64,000 bases of DNA, from contig JANVYQ010000001.1 in NCBI GenBank assembly GCA_030059675.1, positions 64,001 through 128,000 on the forward strand. Reading direction: 5' to 3'. The DNA is from Candidatus Pelearchaeum maunauluense. Lineage in GTDB: Archaea; Thermoproteota; Nitrososphaeria_A; Caldarchaeales; Caldarchaeaceae. Shown here in pieces: positions 59,647-64,000 of the stretch. Made by a program: the position numbers and the translations under genes. The notes beneath the pieces were generated by a model, which did no database searches, was not told where the DNA came from, and saw only the letters and a list, made by a program, of their open reading frames with translations. Numbering within the stretch: the stretch's first letter is position 1; the number at the start of each line of letters is the position of its first letter.

Positions 59647-60636
59647 CTACACGGCAGTGGGCGGGTTTACGAGATATTTCGCAACCTCACCCAGCATGCC
59701 AAGCCCCTTCGGCTCGCGGTCAAACATCGGGATTACCGAGACGACCTTTCCGCCGAACTTCCGCCGTATCTCGTCAAGGTATCTCTGCTGCATCTCAACG
59801 CGGTGGGCTAGGAGCTTTGAGGAGTTGTTGGCCAGACTGCTTGGGAGAACCTGGTTGACCACTATCCCCGAGAGGGTAAGCCCAAGCTCCTTGAACATAT
59901 CCAGCGCCCTCTCTGTGTCAAGTATGGACATCTTCTCAGGCGTCATGACCATGAAGAAAGCGGTCTTCCTCCTGTCCAGCATAACATCCTTGAAGAAGCC
60001 CAGCTTCCTCTGTATGTCGTATAGCTCCTCAAGAACCTTGTCCTCGCTTAGTACGCGCTGGCCGCGCAGGGTTGCGGCTATCTCGTCATACTCCTTAGCC
60101 TTCTTACGCGCGTCTGTTATCCTATCAACCCACATGCTCAGAATCTCCGCCATCGCTATCATCCTAACACCATGACCAAACGGTGGCATGTCAAAGATGT
60201 AGTAATCATACTTACCCTCCGCCAAGTATTCAGCCATAGCATCATAGGTAGCAGACTCGTACATAGCTGGCTCCACCGCAGAGGTCTCAATATACGACTC
60301 AATCTCAGGCGGAATCTCCTCCATCTTATACATCTCTCTAATCTTCCTCTTCACATCCTCAATATACTCGCGTATCCTTTTGTCAGCATCTATCTCGACG
60401 ACGTATAGGTTTGGGGCTACCTCTATCTCGCCCTTCCCGAATATGTCGCGCTCGAAGATGTCGCTGAGTGAGGCTTGGGGGTCTGTGCTGAAGCAGAGGC
60501 AGCGTTTCCCCTCGTTAACCGCTAGGTGGTATGCGAGAGCCGCGCTGCATGTCGTCTTGCCCAGCCCACCCTTACCAGCGAAGATTATCATCTTAGTCTC
60601 GTTGTTCTGCTCCAAGTATTGGCGAAGCCCAATCAT
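59647..60636 (-). CDS. ArsA/Get3/TRC40-family ATPase
   Basis: GKGGLGKTT, STDPQASL, DMPPFGH, PE..S..D, VVNQ. Confidence 0.92.
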   Translation of the reverse strand: MIGLRQYLEQNNETKMIIFAGKGGLGKTTCSAALAYHLAVNEGKRCLCFSTDPQASLSDIFERDIFGKGEIEVAPNLYVVEIDADKRIREYIEDVKRKIREMYKMEEIPPEIESYIETSAVEPAMYESATYDAMAEYLAEGKYDYYIFDMPPFGHGVRMIAMAEILSMWVDRITDARKKAKEYDEIAATLRGQRVLSEDKVLEELYDIQRKLGFFKDVMLDRRKTAFFMVMTPEKMSILDTERALDMFKELGLTLSGIVVNQVLPSSLANNSSKLLAHRVEMQQRYLDEIRRKFGGKVVSVIPMFDREPKGLGMLGEVAKYLVNPPTAV

Positions 60637-60648
60637 TATGTCTTCACC

Positions 60649-60927
60649 CTACCCATAGATTATGTCGGTGAAGTCTCTCTCGCGGTAGAACCTATGCTTC
60701 CAAGACTTTATGCTGGGTATCGTGTAGGGTAGGAGCCTGAGCGAGTAGTATGGGGGGAGTATGGGGAGCCCCAACATATCCCCCAAAATCATGAGCGTGA
60801 AGAGATGCTCAATGTACATCCTGGTTTTGAGGACGCCTGTTACCTGCGAGTGAAGCGCCATACCATAAGTTACTTGCTTCACCGCGTCCTTTAGCTTGTC
60901 GAATACTCCTGACCGTTTCTCCGACAT
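60649..60927 (-). CDS. Small CstA/ArsA-associated protein (paralog 1)
   Basis: YGM..., LMILGDMLGLPILPPYYSLRLLPY..P....WK. Confidence 0.78.
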   Translation of the reverse strand: MSEKRSGVFDKLKDAVKQVTYGMALHSQVTGVLKTRMYIEHLFTLMILGDMLGLPILPPYYSLRLLPYTIPSIKSWKHRFYRERDFTDIIYG

Positions 60928-61014
60928 CAGAAGCTCGTTAATATAGTTGCTGCTCTCGGCTTTAAAGATTTGTATATTTTCAAAAATTCCAAGAAATAAT
61001 TGGGGAGGGGGTTT

Positions 61015-62754
61015 CTATTGGGCTGGCTTGACGGCGGCAGCCTTCGCTCTGCTCAGCGCCTTGAGCAACAGCGCGAACATCACTATTCCTAGTATGAACA
61101 TTATTACGCCGACGACCACCGAGAAGCCGTTAATCGCCTGCACAGCGCCTATCCCAGCGGCTTCCTTCAAGATGTTCTGCGTCGGATGCAGCAGCATAGC
61201 CTGCGTGGTAGCTACGAAGAATACATAGACCTGATACGCTATAGCCGCGAGCGTCGTAATCATCATGAATATTCCTGGTATCAGCGAGTATGATGATGGC
61301 TTTCTCTGCTGTAGTAGGTAGACCGCGACTATTGTGAGGGCGAAGCCTGCGAGGAGCTGGTTTGTTCCTCCGAAGTAGAGCCAGATGTTTATCCAGCTTC
61401 CAGTGAGGACGAACGCTATAGGCAGGACGAACCCTAGGACCGACGCAACATACTTGTTTCCTAGTATGCTTAGTGATGTGCCGCCGAAGACTTCAGCCAT
61501 GACTACGCGCCAATATCTTCCGAGGATTGTCATTATGGTGATGGCCATGAAGACCATGTAGATGGAGAAGAATGTGCTGATGAATGGCGCTGCTGCCTCT
61601 CCTCCTGCTATCGGTGCGACGAGCTTCGTGGCGCCTTGCGGGAATGTGTCTGGGCTTACGCTCACAGGTGCTAGGACAACCCAAGCCGCGAGGGAGGTTA
61701 GGCCTACTGTGTTCTCCGTTAGCATGGCTCCAGCGCCCACAGGCCTGGCGTCAGTCTCAACGTCTAGCTGTCTAGACGAGATGCCCGTACTGATGAGGCT
61801 ATGCCAGCCAGAGATTGCTCCGCACGCGATAGATACGAAGAGCGCTGGCCATAGAGGCCCAGAGCTAAACGTGCCTTCAAAGCCCTTGAAGGCTGGCACG
61901 GCCAGCTCTATACCCGTCAGCGGCGAGGCGAGGGCGCCAACCGCTAGGGCGATTATAGCAACGATTACTGGATAGTATGCGATGTAGTTCATGGGCGTTA
62001 TCAGCCTTGGGAGCGGCAGTAGGGCGCCGAGGAGTAGTAGGATAACTATCGGAACCAGCCAGAGCGTATATGGCGAGCCTGGTTTTCCGCCCAGCGTTAG
62101 GGAGCCTGGTGGAGGCCATGCGAAGAGTGTTCCGACGATTATCCCAACCACCAGCAGGGCTATGGCCAATGCCGTTACTGCTAGTATGTTCATCCTGACG
62201 TTGAAGATCAGGTGTCCCGTGATGAAGGAGGCAGCAACTAGGAAGAGGAGAGTCCAGAAGGAGCTTGGGAATACATCTATGACCACCGCGACGACGTAGA
62301 TGAAGGCGGCGTTGATTAGCAGGAAGTAGAAGAGGAGGAAGCCCAGCAGTAGTTTTCGCGCGGTCGGGCCTATTAGCTCGTAAGCCAGCGGGCCGAAGGA
62401 CTTGCCCTCATTCCTCACCGAGAGGAAGAGGGCGCTGTAGTCCTGTACCCAGCCTATGAGCAGCGCGGCGAAGATAATCCAGAGGAACGCGGGCAGCCAG
62501 CCGAAGATTAGCGCTATGCCAGGCCCCAGTATCGGGCCCAGCGCGGCTATGCTGTTGAACTGGAAGCCGTATAGCACATAGCGCCCCACTGGGAAGAACT
62601 CCACGCCATCCGTGTACATGTGTGCTGGCGTGGGCCTGGCGGGGTCTGGCTGCCATATCTTGCGGTCTATCGCTTTGCTATATCCCCAGTACGCGAGGGC
62701 GTAGATTAGCAGGCCGACGGCGACGAGAGTAAAAGGTGTGTTGTGTATTGCCAC
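61015..62754 (-). CDS. cstA: Carbon starvation protein A (CstA) family transporter
   Basis: TPAH...DG..F.P, FNSIAALGPILGP, GWLPA, SIACGAISGWHSL, GAML.E, W..FG..NQLLA. Confidence 0.95.
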   Translation of the reverse strand: MAIHNTPFTLVAVGLLIYALAYWGYSKAIDRKIWQPDPARPTPAHMYTDGVEFFPVGRYVLYGFQFNSIAALGPILGPGIALIFGWLPAFLWIIFAALLIGWVQDYSALFLSVRNEGKSFGPLAYELIGPTARKLLLGFLLFYFLLINAAFIYVVAVVIDVFPSSFWTLLFLVAASFITGHLIFNVRMNILAVTALAIALLVVGIIVGTLFAWPPPGSLTLGGKPGSPYTLWLVPIVILLLLGALLPLPRLITPMNYIAYYPVIVAIIALAVGALASPLTGIELAVPAFKGFEGTFSSGPLWPALFVSIACGAISGWHSLISTGISSRQLDVETDARPVGAGAMLTENTVGLTSLAAWVVLAPVSVSPDTFPQGATKLVAPIAGGEAAAPFISTFFSIYMVFMAITIMTILGRYWRVVMAEVFGGTSLSILGNKYVASVLGFVLPIAFVLTGSWINIWLYFGGTNQLLAGFALTIVAVYLLQQRKPSSYSLIPGIFMMITTLAAIAYQVYVFFVATTQAMLLHPTQNILKEAAGIGAVQAINGFSVVVGVIMFILGIVMFALLLKALSRAKAAAVKPAQ

Positions 62755-62873
62755 GGCCTTTTTCCCTCTCTTTTTAAGCGTTAATCGCTACTGAATTCTA
62801 TATAAAATTTTTAAAATCTTTTAAAATCACTACAAATCACAAAAAGTTAAAACTTAAAAATGATGACGCAGGT

Positions 62874-63440
62874 ATGACGCCAAGCCTTGAGAATGAGATT
62901 TTTTCCAACAATTCCCAGGTGAGGTGTTTATGTTTGGATGAAAAATTCGTTGAGCATATCTTATCTGTCGGCAATCCTGTCCTTGGTGTTTTCCGCTACC
63001 TGGTTCTCCAGCTCCCTGAGGGCTGGGTTGTTAAGAGTAGCGAGATACCTCCAGAAGTTTCATACACAACAGAGTATAATGGCGTTGGATATGTTGTGGA
63101 TGGGCTCACCCATCATTACATTACCAGCGTGCTTGGTGAGGAGACTCTACAACTAACGATAAGGTGTAACAGGATTAGGGGCGAGCTCGGCGTGAATACG
63201 CGGGGCTTGGGTAGCTATTCGCTTGGCAGAACACAGGTAGCTGGACATTCATGCGTCTATGTTTATGGTGAGAAGCTGGTGGGGTTCTTCAGGAAGGAGA
63301 GGATGCGCTATCTCGCTATGGTCTTTGATTGCGGCTTTACGGGTAGGCGTATAGAGCTACGCCTCTTGGGGAGATACTCAAGCGGCGCCGCTATGGAGAG
63401 GCTTATCCCAGCGTTAGAGCAGAGCCGTTGCCACGGCTAA
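62874..63440 (+). CDS. Hypothetical protein
   Basis: 188-aa ORF divergent from cstA; start uncertain. Confidence 0.55.
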   Translation: MTPSLENEIFSNNSQVRCLCLDEKFVEHILSVGNPVLGVFRYLVLQLPEGWVVKSSEIPPEVSYTTEYNGVGYVVDGLTHHYITSVLGEETLQLTIRCNRIRGELGVNTRGLGSYSLGRTQVAGHSCVYVYGEKLVGFFRKERMRYLAMVFDCGFTGRRIELRLLGRYSSGAAMERLIPALEQSRCHG

Positions 63441-64000
63441 ATGGGGTGCACTACGGCGTGGTTCTACACGCGATTGATGCGCGCACACTCGTCTTCTACC
63501 TCGCTCTCCTACTCCTCGCCTCATATATAGGCGGGAGAATTTACGGCAGCGTGAGGGTTAATAGGCTACGCTTGAGGCTGGCTCCGATGCTTGAGCGGCT
63601 TGGCTCAAAGCCGCGCATACGCTCTGCTGGGAGTAGGATGCTCGCTTTCTCTGGCGAGTCCCTGGGCAGGCTCATAGGCCAGTACTCGCTCACCATCTTC
63701 CTACTTGGCAGGGAGAACCCGCTCAACTGGCTAATAGCCCGCGCAGCTGGCAGGGGTGATATGGTCATTCTACGCTGCCGCGTTAAGGGCGAGATAAGGC
63801 GCGAGCTGGATATAATAAGGAAGGGGACAGCCCCTTATAAGCGGCTGGCCAAAAGACGCGTAGAGGGCGTTATCAAGGACTTTGGCGACTCTGTGGCTAT
63901 CATACCAAGCCAGCACGCGGCTGGTTATGATGCTGTTGACGGCGCTGTGGAGACGCTTAGGAGAATAGCTGGAATGTGGAGTTTCTCCCTCCGCCGCGAG
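63428..64000 (+). CDS. Single-TM membrane protein, 3'-truncated (absent from the ORF track)
   Basis: Open frame from TTG 63428 to the window end: ..TLVFYLALLLLASYIGGRIYG..LTIFLLGRENPLNWLIARAAGRGDMVILR.. Confidence 0.7.
   Translation, partial: MPRLNGVHYGVVLHAIDARTLVFYLALLLLASYIGGRIYGSVRVNRLRLRLAPMLERLGSKPRIRSAGSRMLAFSGESLGRLIGQYSLTIFLLGRENPLNWLIARAAGRGDMVILRCRVKGEIRRELDIIRKGTAPYKRLAKRRVEGVIKDFGDSVAIIPSQHAAGYDAVDGAVETLRRIAGMWSFSLRRE

Noticed and set aside
58641-60636. Arsenite-resistance ArsA
   Set aside because: Metalloid-binding Cys pattern not evident (one protein has no Cys) and no ars genes are nearby

Overview
A 64-kb archaeal chromosomal segment. It carries PCNA, archaeal NusA, L30e, TiaS, pelota, archaeal DnaG and a BHB-intron tRNA, and the overall content fits a TACK lineage such as Aigarchaeota/Nitrososphaeria (inferred, not proven). 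Main blocks: (i) central carbon and Mo/W metabolism (ATP-type PEPCK, PPDK, acetyl-CoA synthetase, alanine dehydrogenase, CoxMSL-like molybdo-hydroxylase, tungsten AOR, MoaA, MoeB-rhodanese); (ii) a decaying, compositionally mosaic glycosylation island (about 27.8-36.3 kb) that runs into three HEPN/MNT toxin-antitoxin modules, two of them broken; (iii) an OsmC/MetE-like/AOR cluster; (iv) two tRNA-Pro genes, one with an intron splitting the anticodon. Two candidate undescribed systems stand out. (A) At 50.9-53.5 kb, divergent genes encode two membrane-anchored DNA-binding proteins (AbrB-fold and winged-HTH, both on poly-Pro linkers) plus an HTH protein, around clustered 10-bp quasi-palindromic repeats with a conserved RYRRYRYYRY pattern. 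(B) At 57.9-64 kb, a CstA transporter operon has two paralogous small proteins and two Get3/ArsA-family ATPases, one with degenerate catalytic motifs, flanked by a thioredoxin-like protein and a possibly CCDC47-like membrane protein. All calls come from reading motifs by eye; no searches were run.
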